From NCBI GenBank assembly GCA_973895155.1, contig OZ316898.1, positions 13,794,330-13,858,329 on the forward strand: DNA of 64,000 nucleotides, in the 5' to 3' direction. The notes beneath the pieces were generated by a model, which was not told where the DNA came from, made no database searches, and was given only the letters and a program-made list of their open reading frames with translations. The translations under genes were made by a program, and so were the position numbers. How positions within the stretch are numbered: the first letter of the stretch is position 1; each line of letters starts with the position of its first letter. Source of the DNA: Marsupella aquatica (lineage: Eukaryota > Plantae > Marchantiophyta). Below, piece by piece: positions 13,457 through 26,148 of the stretch.

Positions 13457-13725
13457 ATATAGAGGGTTGGTAAGGATACTGCAATTAGGGTAGAGGACAT
13501 AGATGACCATTTGATGGTGATATGTGGTCAGATTGACCTCAGATTGTTTCAGGTTTTATTACTGGAGTTCCAAGGGGAAGATGTAAAAGTAAAAAATAAT
13601 GAAACTCAAACGAGTGATAATTTAACTAAGTACATAATCACAATAGAAACCTACTTTTCAGGGCTTACTGTAGAATAAAGTCTCTAGACCATGACTGCAT
13701 GACATCACTAAAGTTGGGCAGGCAA

Positions 13726-14562
13726 GTGAAAAACAGGGATTGGGGCCTAGGGTGGGGGTGAGTCTCCAAATGTACTCACCTCAAATATACTCAAAGACCG
13801 GGCACCTCGGTTTAGAAGAACATCAAGAGTGAAAAACATGGATTGGGGCCAGGGTGGAGGCTAGTCTCCAAATGTACTCACCTCACATATATGTTCAAAG
13901 AACAGGCAGTCAGATTTAGAAGACCATCAAGAGTGAAGAACATGGATTGGGGCCAGGGTCAGGGCTAGCCTCCAAATATACTCACCTTTATTTATGTTCA
14001 AAGAACGGACACGCAGGTTTAGAAGAACATCAAGGGTGAGAAACAAGGATTGTGGCCAGGGTGGGGATGAGTCTTTAAATGCACTCATCTCTAATCATGT
14101 TCAAAGAAATCTGTTTATTATCAAAGAAAGGGCACTCAGATTTAGAAAAACATGAAGCAGCCCAAGAACTGAAATAGCCTAAGTAACCTGGTTGGGGATG
14201 AGTCTTTAAATGTACTCATTCTCTAATCATGTTCAAAGAAACCTATGTATGCTCAAAGAAAGGGCACTCAGATTTAGAAAAACATCAAAGAACAGAAATA
14301 GCCTAACCTGGTTGGGGATGAGATAGTCTTTTAAATGTACTCATCCCTAATCATGTTCAAAGGAATCTATGCATGTTCAAAGAAAGGGCACTCAGATTTA
14401 GAAAAACATTAAAGAACAGAAATAGCCTAACCTGGTTGGGGATGAGTCTTTAAATGTACTCATCTCTAATCATGTTCGAAGAAATCTATGTATGCTCAAA
14501 GAAAGGGCACTCAGATTTAGAAAAACATCAAGCAGCCAAAGAACAGAAATAGCCTAACCTGG
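13726..14562. repeat. Tandem array of about 7 units: three ~103-bp units grading into four ~120-131-bp units
   Basis: Unit starts at 13726, 13829, 13933 and 14036; TGGGGATGAG recurs at 14062, 14193, 14313 and 14437. Shared core TCAAAGA..GGCAC..TTTAGAA.AACATCAA. Confidence 0.92.
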
Positions 14563-16187
14563 TGACAGGATCCCAGAGGCGGGAGAGTTAACAAAGGGGA
14601 GAAAGGTAGAAAACCTCAACAGACCAAAGAACCAAAAAGCCAAAAAGCACGAGGACCTCCATAAACGGGCACACTCAGGCTAGTGTAATAAACATGAGGA
14701 AGGAGAGTAGAAATGGAGGGAGACGCGAGAGCGTACATAGAGTACAGCATGAAGATTGAAGAAGCAGGGTGCGTAGGGAGGGGCAGAGATGATGCTGATG
14801 AGGATGATTCATCAAGACGGGCCAGGGAAGGCGCAGAAGAGGCTACACTATGAACGAGCATGGCGTAGGGGACGATGACAATTCATCAAGACAGATAAAG
14901 GGGAGAAGGGATGGACAGGACGGATGTCTCCGCCCACCAACTTTTCAAATTTTGCGCAACGCAAGAAGAACTCCAGAGAAAGGGAACAACTGGTGTAGCC
15001 CTTTCGCGGAGATTCGATTCCGCCTGTAGCTTCACAGATGCTCCTTCTTCTTCTTCCTGACTTGTGAAGAAGATACAGAGCCATCGGCATGAACTTTTGG
15101 ACAAGAAATCGATTCACAAATCATCAGCATTGAGTGTGTCTTGAACCCTCAGGGGGTCGTCTACATCGAATCCTGTTCTGGGTGATCAGGCGGTGTGTTT
15201 CCATTGCTGCATTGTGGGTTGGTGAAGGACAGAGGTTTTTTTGGAAGGAGGAGAATTTTTTTTTGTGTAGATTGGGGTAATGATGGGCAACAGATTCAGA
15301 AAACCAGGGCGAGGCGATGAGGGTGGAGTAAATTATCTGTGATGGGATTTTATTCAGGCGAGCTCTCTCTGGCGCGTCAATGCGGTCTACACAATGCACC
15401 GTGAGGGTTGCTGGCCAGGATGCAAGGTCAAGGACGTCTCCTACAATCATTTGGAGTTTCTGATCATCCTACAGCCACGCCAGAAGAGGTTTTGATTCCA
15501 CAACTGCGCGAGTACAAGTGAGTGACGATGAGCTTGGAGACAGTCACTTCGTTTGGCGCCCTGTTTTCATTTTGGTTTTTTTCCGTGCAGTTCTGCTACC
15601 GCGGTCGATCAATGGGCTCGCCTTCTCAAACCGCTGTAGCTCTTTCCTTCAGCCTCCATCCTCCATGTTCTCAGTAGGTAAGTCTTGGAGCCCCATCACC
15701 TATGAACTCGATGGCGTGGATGATCTATCTATCTTGGGCTCTCTAATAAAAAGGAGAATTGAGGACTTTTGGACATGTACCACGGTCTTGGAGCAGAAAC
15801 GCAACCTACACGTCCGCCGTTTCGGGATCTTCTCCGTCATTTAGAGTGCCGCATATCTTGGAGGCGGAAGAATGAATCCGGACATTGGCGCTCAACATGA
15901 CGACACAAAATGTGAAAATATTCAGAATTTCGTCCCTTGTAGTAGTCACTTAGGGGACAGAGAATGCAAATGCCACTTGGGTACCGAATTCATGACCATC
16001 AGATTCTAATAATTCAGAAGTACGCATGTCCCCATCTCCAGGGGAACGGATGATGAAGAACGTTTGATGATGTACAGTTTTGCACTTTGTAACCCCATAT
16101 AGCATGCCTGCTACCCTGCACCCCCTGCACCAGGTTGACCATGTGGTTTTGCGGATGCAGACGATCTCACTGACAGATTTCGAGCCG

Positions 16188-19100
16188 ATGGCGGAGGGGT
16201 ATAAATCTCCGTATTCCAGTACAGAAACGGCCAAGGAAATGGCTAAGCGCCTTCCATTCAAAATCGGCCAAGTGGTTGAAGCGAAGTCTTTCTCGCAAGG
16301 ATATCGGGGGGCTTGGTTTGAATGTAAGGTAAGCGATCTATGTCAAGCATCTCTTGCTATTGAAAATATGTCAGCGAAGGCTGCTCTACAGCCATCTTTC
16401 TTCTGTTGTTGCTTCCAAGGCTCACCTCATTTTGGCGACCCTGTTTCGAGCGTGGGGACGCAGTATTTCATCTACTCCTTTTCTAATTTTATGAAATAGC
16501 GGTAAACTGATGCAGATCGTGGAAATAGACAAGGGAGGTCGTAATCAGTTGCGCTACAAGTTCAAATATATGCACTTCCCCGAAGAACGTAAGGTCCAAG
16601 TCCAAGTCAACTTGCTGCACTCGTGTTCATTCCTTGTCCAATATACTTGTGACGCTATTATGGAAGAAGATAGAGAGGTTCAATTTCTGGTCAACTAGCG
16701 TCATCAATACCATATGCTAACTCCAGACTTTTTACTCGGATCTCCCTACTAAATCCACCGAAGTTTTTCGTGGTCTGGCCTGGGAACATTAAGTTCTTGC
16801 AATTATTTTGTTAGCCCTAAACCCTAAACCCTCGGGGTTGGTCTTTGCCGACGTAGCTGAAAAGTAGAGGCACGATGCTGTCGCTAAATTTCTTATGTCG
16901 CTACTGCACTGGCCAGCAAATCCCACTAATCTCGAGTTGCAAGTGAAGATCCAGTATTCTTGACCCCTTACATTAAATGAATGATGGCAAACTGAAGTTG
17001 AAACAGAAGTTTTCTTATTCTGTTCGTGTGGAAATGCAGCTTTGCATTGGAGTCAAGCGTATCAACAGAGGCATCGTGGGCAGGTTGAAACGACGGAACT
17101 GATGCTTCGTCCTCTTCCGCCACCAATTTTGCAAGAAAGGGATGTTCGTCATGCTACATATAATGGGATTGTAGTTGTACCCTATGCGTGGGAAGTTGGA
17201 GACTTGGTAAACTGGTGGTGTGATGATGTTTGGTGGGAAGCGACTGTTACTGAAATCAAAGGGAATGGGAAAGTGAAGGTACTCTTGTTTTACCACGCGT
17301 GAAGAGTTTGTAGGCAGTGACAGGCTCGAAATCATATATAGGTTATGCACAGTTTATGAAAGGCTGAGGGTTTGGTACGAGATTGGGACTGAATGGAATT
17401 AAGGCTAGCTAGGGCCTGGTGGGAGACAATGGTCAGCTTTCAGAAATTGGTGGAAGTCGAAGTTTGTGTGTGCTAGTTGTGCCCAGGATTCTGTGCCCAG
17501 TTGCTAAAGTTCAGTAGGGAGGTGGCCTGTGAAGTGTAGGTTGATGTGGTTGCCTATAGGTCAGAGAAACATAGTGGCTGCACAAGTAGAAGGTGGGGTT
17601 AGATTTTAAGAAGGATCGAAGTTAAGGTTTTGGGAGTTAGTGGTCCTTGTTAGGTGAACTGGTGGTCACTGTAGCCATGCTTGGCTAAGGAAGGATCCTT
17701 AGAGTATCCAGAGATCAGGAACGCACTTTCTTTGCTGCTCCGTTGAACAGTTGGATTGTGATCTGAACGTCAAGATGGTTGCTAGTTCGTGTGATGGTCG
17801 GTCTGTCTACTTTTGCAATTTTCTGCAATCAAGTTGGTGAAGGACGTGACGCATGTGGTCTTCATTTCAATTGTGCGATGGAATGAAAAGTTGTGGTTTC
17901 ACCCTTCATTACAGATAAATCTTTTCAAACCACCACTTGGAGAAGGAGGAGTGCATATAGCAGAGGCACTCGAGTTGCGCCCTTCATTACTTTGGTCAAA
18001 TAAGGATCATTGGACCCTTCCCATCTCAAAGGTCTGCACGCCGGAGACATGGGTCTCGTCCAAATGTTGCTTAGAAGTCCGGTTGATGAGTTGAATCGAG
18101 TTCCTTCAATTTTGACAAGTCTTGAAGAACTTTGACTAATGTGCTGTATCAAACAATCGATTTTTGAATCCAAATAGTTATGGTTAGTGCTGTATGTTTC
18201 AGAAAGACAAGACTGGTATCTTCATGTTAATCACACTTAACGTATTTTTGTTAGTGGGGACCTATTCACCCCATGTTTACAAAGCAGTCCATGCGCATGG
18301 CCTTAAACGTGGGACCGACACGAAGTTAGTGCCAAACACTAGCCAACAAACCAGACTCTCTCGAATGCATAATGAATCTTGAATGTCGATGTGCAATCAC
18401 GACTGTCTGGAGAAGTGTCCAGTGTGTTTCCTTGTGGTGGGTTGTTTCTTGACTATCAAGTTGCCACTTTTGTGTAGAAGAAGGCCAATGGCAAGCCTGC
18501 GGCCAGAATTGAGGAGCTATCAAGTACGAGATGGATAAAGGTAGCTGAATGAGTAGAGGTTGTAGCCTTGAAATGTCTACTCCAGTAAGAGGACATGTTT
18601 CTTCTACTCGTTGAAAAGTGCCATGTTTTCTTTGACTGCGGCTCAGTAATCACAACTTTGACAAATTTTCTGATAATATTCCATTTCCCTACAAGTATCT
18701 CCCCTTGCAATTCGCTCAACTGCTATATAGTGATCTAAGGTTGGCGACTTAGCTGATAGTTTTGCTGTTTCGCATGTTGATTCTTTCATTGTTTCATTTT
18801 TTGTTGTTGATGGGATGTTGAAACTCTATGTTCTGACGATGGGCAATGTGGATGAACAGGTATCAGGACAAGTGAAGCATTTAATGCTTGCCACACCTCC
18901 CCTATCTGTCAAGGTGGAGCTGATGGATCAAACAAGGGATTCAGGTACATCCTCAACGAGTAGGTTTGCAAGGAACATCCTGGAATGTCGTGTACTTGGT
19001 TCAGGTTCATCTAACATCGGAGTTGGTTTCTTAGGAGTTGCCTGGGGAGTTTCAATGTTGGTGGGCTAATGAGGAGCATTGTCCACGAATCTAGAATGAG

Positions 19101-20454
19101 TAGATCTGTAACAATCAACCGATCTGATCTGGACAAATGCCTAGACCCTGCAGTGTTGAGTCAAGTACTAGCAAATTTGGTTTTGAAGCTGATGCATGAG
19201 CCACAACATTGTCAGATAGGTTTGTTAATAAACGTGTAGGAATCTCGCACATTGTTTCGAAGCGAGGAAAGAGGCTTGGTAGGTAGGTTGATTCATTCCC
19301 AGATTTTGTTTTCAAACTGAGATAGAAAAACTTTACAAGCAAGTCACTCGACCATCATACAGCTTCAGTTGTAGCCTATTTGTATCTAAAGTAGAAGATA
19401 AATTTTGAAGTGCTCGGTGTTTATAGCAATGTGTCCCTCGATATCCCTAAACCTTTAAGATCACAGAGTAATTTCTCAAGCTTCGTGGCAAACTGAAGAT
19501 AGTGGGACCAAAGGCGAAGTAGGTGGCACATAGCAATCTAAACAGAGTATCAATTCCCTCATAGCAGTCCCATACCACCTTTACCTTCTTTTGTCTTTAC
19601 CTTTCCACATCGTATCCCTTGCCAAACCACGGTCAGGATCACCTAGACTCTTCATGGGAACAGGAAAAGCCGAGAAAACTTAATGGCATAGCCTCGGGAG
19701 CTGGTTTATCCGCAGTGCTTTACAGCAGAAGTAGGTGATGAATGGCATTTCCTGTTGACCCGTGAGAGGCACTCTAGAATGGAGTCATCATCTATCTCTC
19801 CCTCACACTGGTCGTGAACTATGTGGTAAGAAAGAGAGCATGATCGCACCTATAGATCACATGAAAGGTCTCCAGTCATTGGGTCATCAAGTTTACAGCT
19901 CCATTGTCTTTCGGTCCATTTTTCCCACGAATTAGGGTTTAAGAAAATCCATTCATTGTTCTCTATTGAATCGCGAAAGCACTCGTGCCTGAGCTGGAAT
20001 TTCCAGCCTTTATTGTAGTGTGCTTGGGTAGTTTCTCCAGCTATCGCCAACTTGTGCTGAATAGTTTGCAATGTTCTTTATGATGTGCACAGATGGTACT
20101 CATCTAGATCCTGGGACGGTTCCATCTCTGGAAGCTCTCCGGAGAGCAACAGAACCACTTGGAAATGCCGCAGAAACAAATTATGGGGAGGGAAGCCCAT
20201 TTAGTCTCTCACCTCAAGAGATGAATCGGCAGGACAACTGCACTAGCAGTGGGACTTTGGACGATGATTCAGAAGACATATCCAATGCCATGCTGTTAAA
20301 GAGGCAACAATTCAAGCGACACATCAGAAAATTTAAGATGTATCGCAAGTACATAAACAGAGCTATTGATTTGGACAGGAGGAGGAGATTCAAGAAACAC
20401 ATTTTTGCAGACTGTAAAATAATTGATTCATCTGAGGAAAGTGATGGAAACTAG
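16188..20454 (+). CDS. Agenet / plant Tudor-like domain protein, about 338 aa; coding exons 16188-16328, 16516-16588, 17040-17278, 17915-18031, 18860-18944, 20093-20454
   Basis: Family motifs LPFKIGQVVEAKSFSQGYRGAWFECK, ELMLRP, WEVGDLVNWWCDDVWWEATV and PPLGEGG..LRPSLLWS. All introns are GT-AG with consistent phases. The last two exons and the start codon are less certain. Confidence 0.88.
16815..16832 (+). repeat. Short interstitial plant telomere repeat / telo-box (CCCTAAA)x2.5, intronic
   Basis: CCCTAAACCCTAAACCCT; similar TTTAGGG doublets near 33546 and 49427. Confidence 0.6.
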
Positions 20455-20559
20455 AGGATTTACTGTGATGGGAAGCTACGTTCTGGGATAGGGTTAGAAC
20501 TTGGCAGTTATGATTGTGCGACAACTAGTGGCAGAGCATTTTCTAGGAGGGAGCTTTAT

Positions 20560-21538
20560 TCATGTGCTGATTTGAGTGCCCTGTAGTACTGCGCAAGTAT
20601 AGATTGTAAAGCACGTATAGAATGCAACAAGGAAAAGGTAGCAGCTGCTTGCGATACACAGATGATCTTGGATAAACAGTGACTGCCACAGACATGTCTC
20701 GGCAAGGTCGCTCCTATTCACAGTGCTTTTTGCCTTTATCTGCAAATGTCTCTGAAAATGGAGCAGGATCAGTGTGGCCAGCAATTTGTGGATGTAAGCC
20801 AATTTTGACTGAATTCCAGTTCGTGATTCGTCAAGAACTGCTTTTTTCTGGGGCTTGAAAGTTTTTTGAGATTGCTGTTACTGATTCATGTCCGAGTCAC
20901 AGTAGATTGTTCTGCGGATTTCGATAAAAGACATCAGCTTCATTGAATGCTAAGTGCCCTGCATACTTACCGGAGAGGTGGATGTGCGATGGTCGCTTGA
21001 AGAGTCCTTTAAATACGGTGGAGCATGGTACTGAAAGCATGTCAGTTGATACATGACCACCAATCAGATCGCCAGTGGATTGTGCGTTCTCTTCCACTTG
21101 ATTATGGGATTCTCAGGCCCTGATGGAATTAAAGTAATGCAAGTCAAGGAACTGGGGTCATCAGCGAACGTATGACAATACCAAGAACACCTTACAATTT
21201 ATCGTCTTCATGCCCCTCCATCTCCTATGGCAAAGCAGAAGTCAGATCTGAAGCCATCCATGCACGGGAGCTTGAGGTTCTGTTTGCACTAAAAGGAGAA
21301 CGATTATGAAATTTCAACACTGATTAATTGTGACCATCCAAGTACTAAAATCATCTTCCTTGTACTAAATCTTCACTTCCTCCTCCTATCTGTTGTTTCT
21401 CTCTGAAAGCACCATGTCGTTATTTCACACTTAAACAATGTAAAAACTTTCGCCACTGCTGTGGAGAATTTCAGTTGGCAAGAAGAGAACATACCTGGTC
21501 AGGCTAAGTACAGGCTCCTGGAACAGTCTGGAGTGCTT
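20560..21538 (-). pseudogene. Spliced minus-strand transcript or decayed intron-containing gene, convergent with the Agenet gene
   Basis: Canonical exon-like blocks 21495-21538, 21196-21279 and 20971-21119, with acceptors at 21403 and 20752. The joined frame has TAG/TGA stops and no recognisable domain. Confidence 0.35.
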
Positions 21539-23181
21539 CTACAAAAAAGAGGCATGCCTGATTAAAGTACAAATACATTTGTCATTCAGCCCAGCATCCC
21601 TAAACACACCACTAGCAGAATTCTAGATACACTCTTTCCCACACAACTGGAGTTGATGCTGCATAACTATATCACAGAATGGGGAATGGTGGAGCCTGGA
21701 GAGGCGGTTTTGACTCATTCTGTCTCGCGGGCAAAAACTTGGAGTCTGCTCTGAATAAGAAAGAAGTCATCCGCCATGACCCAGATGTATGCCGACGTAG
21801 ATTCTGGCCAAGAGATACTTTCATCAGTCACTTCAAACATAAGAAGGGACCCAATTGCAAAACGTATGTAAGGCACACTAGGAACAGCCCAATGCCATGA
21901 CAAAGTTATCAACATCCCTGGGCTTTGCCAAACCTTTTTGGTCTCTCCTTCCCATGAGGTTTTGCAGGTTTTACTCAAACAACGGTTAACTACTTTGCCA
22001 CTAAAGATTCTCTAATTGCCAATACTTCCACAGTTTAGAAATAATAATACAAATATGTCATGGTTTTGTATATGGATTCAAGTTTACTAATGTAACCACA
22101 TACCAAAACTGTCACATATTTTTATACACAATGAAAATTGTGGTGGTATTGTAATTTGAACATCTTCATTGACAATGTAGTTAAAAGCTGTTTACTCCAA
22201 GCAACCTCTCTAAAAAATAAAAAAAACAAAGAACCATCATCTGTGTACACGAATTGGCTTTTGCATTTCTTTCAGTTTTGAGTTAGAAAAAGAATTTGTT
22301 TTGTAACTATCTTAATTTTAGAGTTTGATGACAGTGATCATATTTTGGAAATTGGTTCTCAACCATGATACTTTTGCAAGTTTTTTTTGGAAAACTTCAA
22401 CTTTGCATAGTATATTAAACTACTCGTCTTGCAGCTTTTCCAAAACATATTTAATGCAAGATTGAAGCCAAGCCAAAACACATACAGACCTGCAAAAATA
22501 GAAGGGTTGTACTTTTTGCTGGCATTTGTATATAAACTGCTGCATTTAACTATTGTATATAAACTGCTGCTTTCCAACATAGCATACTATGCAGCACTTT
22601 TGGCCTTTCAAAATTTGCAAAATGTTCTATATCTCAAAATAAATACAAAACAAAACCCAATACAAATATGTGAAAAATGAGGGTTTGCAGTTTGGTTTAA
22701 ACCACCACTAGCCATGACAAAACCTGGATCTACACTAAATAGTACCTTTTCCTGACATTGTGGAGCAAAATGGCACACAGAAGAAGAAAAAAATGAGTGG
22801 AATGTGAAAAATGGAAAATTTCTCAAATCTTCCTCCTTTAATATAGCTAGTGGAGGTTAAAGTTTTACCTCCAAAACATTTGAGAGGGAGTCTATTTTGC
22901 ATCAGATATGCGAAGAGGGTAGATTGCAAATATTTACAACGGGGTTGCTTTGCATATTTAAAAAAAAACGAAGTCTGCACAAGAAATTAAGTCCTTCGCA
23001 AAAGCACGTGGGCCAAACAACTGGAGTGTTAGCAGCTGTGCTCTCATCGAAGTTTAATGATAGGACTTATCAAACCATATTTACGAGCTAGTATCAGATA
23101 GTTGACTCTTTATAAGAAGTACACCTACTTAGCTTCAGCAGATTCTTGCTATCTGCAGGTCAGGAGGACGGTCAGCCTAGT

Positions 23182-26148
23182 TTAGCCACTCTTGAGGTTT
23201 TGAAGTTCTGCTGTCATATTGTCGATAATCTGGATGTACTGTCTGCTTCTCTTGGAGACATGTGCAGCCTGGGGTACATAGAAGGTTGCCCCCTGATGCT
23301 GGTCTGACTGGACCATCGTTCTAACGAACCTGCTGCACGAATTGTTGACCTTGATGCGGTTGGGAACAAGCTCGCAATCAAGCTGCCTCTTAATATGAGG
23401 TATGGGTTCCTCCTGATGTACTCGCTTTCTTACGGTGAAAGATTTGGGAGCTCCAAGGGCCCATGGGGGTTCTTGAAGCTCTGCAATTGGTGGGTACTCT
23501 GGGAACACAGTTCCCTGTCCAGCACTTTGCTTCCGTAGAATGATCACAAGTTGAGCTTGTGACAACTCCACCAACTGGGGCAGATAGAGGAAACCATTTT
23601 TATCAGAATAGTATCCAATAACTATCCAATAACGAAACGGAAATACATGAAAGCCCATCATGGGTGACACATGCGATTATTCAGCAACCATATGTCGTCC
23701 ATTGACTCAGATATCGATAATCATATGATTAATGAAAGCAGGCTAGCCTACGTTAAAATCCTTACCTGATGCAACTCCCCTGTGTATTCTTTCAGGCAAA
23801 AGTTAAGCTCTGCACCCGATTTCCTGAAGTGTATTGCTGCTCTATCATATGCCCTGCCACAACGAAGCGTTCGTTATTTGTTTCAGCTCTGTAATGTTAC
23901 CAATTTACAAAACCATCCTCAAATTCGATATGACTGTCACGAGAGAGAAATTAAAGCAGTTGACTGTACAGACTGGTCTGGGTTGTTAATTAATAAAACC
24001 CGATCTAGGTGAGACTGCTACACAAGATTTTTCGAAGAAATGATACTAAGGGTGAATAGGAGGAACTGCGTGAAATTCAATATGGCTATGTTCAAGCAAC
24101 TTTCCGAAGGGCGGCGTCTTTATTCCATGGCGAATATAGAAAATATTGACGGTACCGAATATTAGCTGAAAGAGGCCAACCCATATCAATTTCCCAATTA
24201 TAGCCTCGCACAGTGAACAAATAAAATGAGTAGACGAATTTGAGAATTACCTTGCGGCTCTCTCTGCAGTAGTAGAAGCTCCTGCGATCTCATAGACAAT
24301 GCTCTTAGTCTCTCAAGTTAACTCTATTATGCAGGAAATTTGCATAGACAATGCTCAGAGTCTCTCGAGATATCTGTTAATTATGCAGGAAGAATGACTG
24401 ATATATAAACTTGAAATGTACTTCAAGCCTAGCCTCTTATAATAAATGGCTGCACAGAATAGTTACATATTTTTGCACGCGTACCTAGATAGATTTGTTT
24501 TCTGTTGTTCCTGCAAAGATTGGTGATGCATAGGTCAAAGGCTGTAGAAGATTGTAGAGGAAACCAAAGAGCGATTGTCTTTACATCTTATCAAGAAAAT
24601 GTTCAACAAAATACGGGTGTAGTTAGTTAGCCCGGAAGAGATAATAGATGAGTTGGGTACAGGAGAGAACCTATTGGAAGAGGGGATCCGCGAAAAACCT
24701 ATTTGGACCTAGCTCATTCAAGCCAATGATCTATGACACGCATGATGCAGAATTGTTTTCGCGAGACAGGAGTACATAGCGCTGGGGTCGACGAATGATT
24801 ACATTAGAGAAAAACTACAGCAAAAACGAACGTCAGCGTCCTTCCCAAATATCCAAAATAAATTGTAAGAATTTAAGAGTATGTTGCTGCAGCAAGTGAT
24901 GACTCGACTCTTAAAGTGATCGAAGTAAAACATTACTTACGAATTAAACTCAGTCTTATGCTGACGATCTTACGATCAGTCAGCAACATTTTTTACAAAA
25001 CTTTGAACCACATCTTACCAAATGTGTGCTTCCCACCTCCCTGTCCTCTTTTAGTGCGTAACTCCCCTGAAAGGTGAACTCCTTGGTCGAGGCCCATGCC
25101 GGGCTGACGGTCTTCTGTAATGATCAAACATGAACAAAGCGAAAGTAGCAATTTAGTTTCATACATATGAGGTGCAGAGCTAGTACGTATCAGATCGAGC
25201 TGAATTGTTGGTTCTACTTTGAGGACTGCCTGCCTATAAAATGGTTAATGCCCGACCGAGAATAAATTAAGAATCACGATCAATAGGATGAGCAAGCATA
25301 CTAAGGCCTTTTCGTCATGCCGGTTAGTCTCACATCTTATTTGAAATCTAGAAGGGAGCATACATATTTCGAACTGGGTGTGCACCCAGTCGACGCCGCC
25401 GGGGACCGGATTGAGACAGGGGTGCCGCGTTGATAGCTGATGCTCTGGATGGCAACGCTGATCCATTTGATTTTCTGACAGACGCTGATGCTGCGGATGA
25501 CAACGCTGATACCTTTGATTTTCCGACAGAGGCTGACGCTTTGGATGGCAACGCTGATCCATTTAATTTTCCGACAGACGCTGATACTCTGGATGGCAAC
25601 ACCGATCCATTTGACTTTTCGACAGATGTAGTAGATGCCCCGTTATACGGATAGGTGTATCTTGATCTGAAATCGACGAATTTCCCGATTCCTTGAAGAT
25701 ACTGTTCGTTGCCGCGGCCTGCTGCAGCAAGTTTGTATGGGTCCACGGATGGAGTACTTGACGACTGACTACCAACCGAGTCTATCAGTCGAAGGTTTTT
25801 CAATGGGGTCTGCACATCCGTCTGCTCTTGAACACACTTTAGAGCCAGTAGAGATGAAAACGAGAGAGCTCTACCATCCTCCGACTCTAATTCGCTTGCA
25901 CCTCTGATTGCAACCATTACGCGTGAGTCTTGCTCGTTTATTTGCTGTGTGGCCTCCCCGGAGAAGCTTCTGAGTGAATTTTTCGTCGTCAATGGTTCGA
26001 AGGCTGGTTTCAGTGGTAAGAGACTCAAGAGCTTTGGTCTTACTTTCAGTCGATGTACCCCGTCGCTCCAGAAAGCAGTATACGGGGTCTTTTCAAGAGT
26101 GAATGGAATGGAGCTGCGATACATGTCCGCTTGATGTCCGGGATCCAT
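23182..26148 (-). CDS. Hypothetical protein, about 446 aa; coding exons 26148-25386, 25114-25019, 24281-24251, 23823-23766, 23574-23182
   Basis: Four GT-AG introns with matching phases (1,1,2,0) join the 266-aa and 162-aa track ORFs into one stop-free frame. There is an in-frame stop upstream of the ATG and an acceptor at 26181 implying a spliced 5' UTR. Confidence 0.72.
25436..25627 (-). repeat. Coding minisatellite, 4 x 48 bp (16-aa Ser/Ala-rich repeat SVxKSNGSALPSRASA)
   Basis: Units start at 25436, 25484, 25532 and 25580; all are frame-preserving. Confidence 0.92.

Noticed and set aside
13726-14562. CRISPR-like array (palindromic repeats at regular spacing)
   Set aside because: The sequence between hairpins is itself repeated, there are no unique spacers or cas genes, and the context is eukaryotic.
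14580-15480. Short minus-strand ORFs divergent from the Agenet gene
   Set aside because: Low-complexity sequence with no domain or consistent exon chain; left unassigned.
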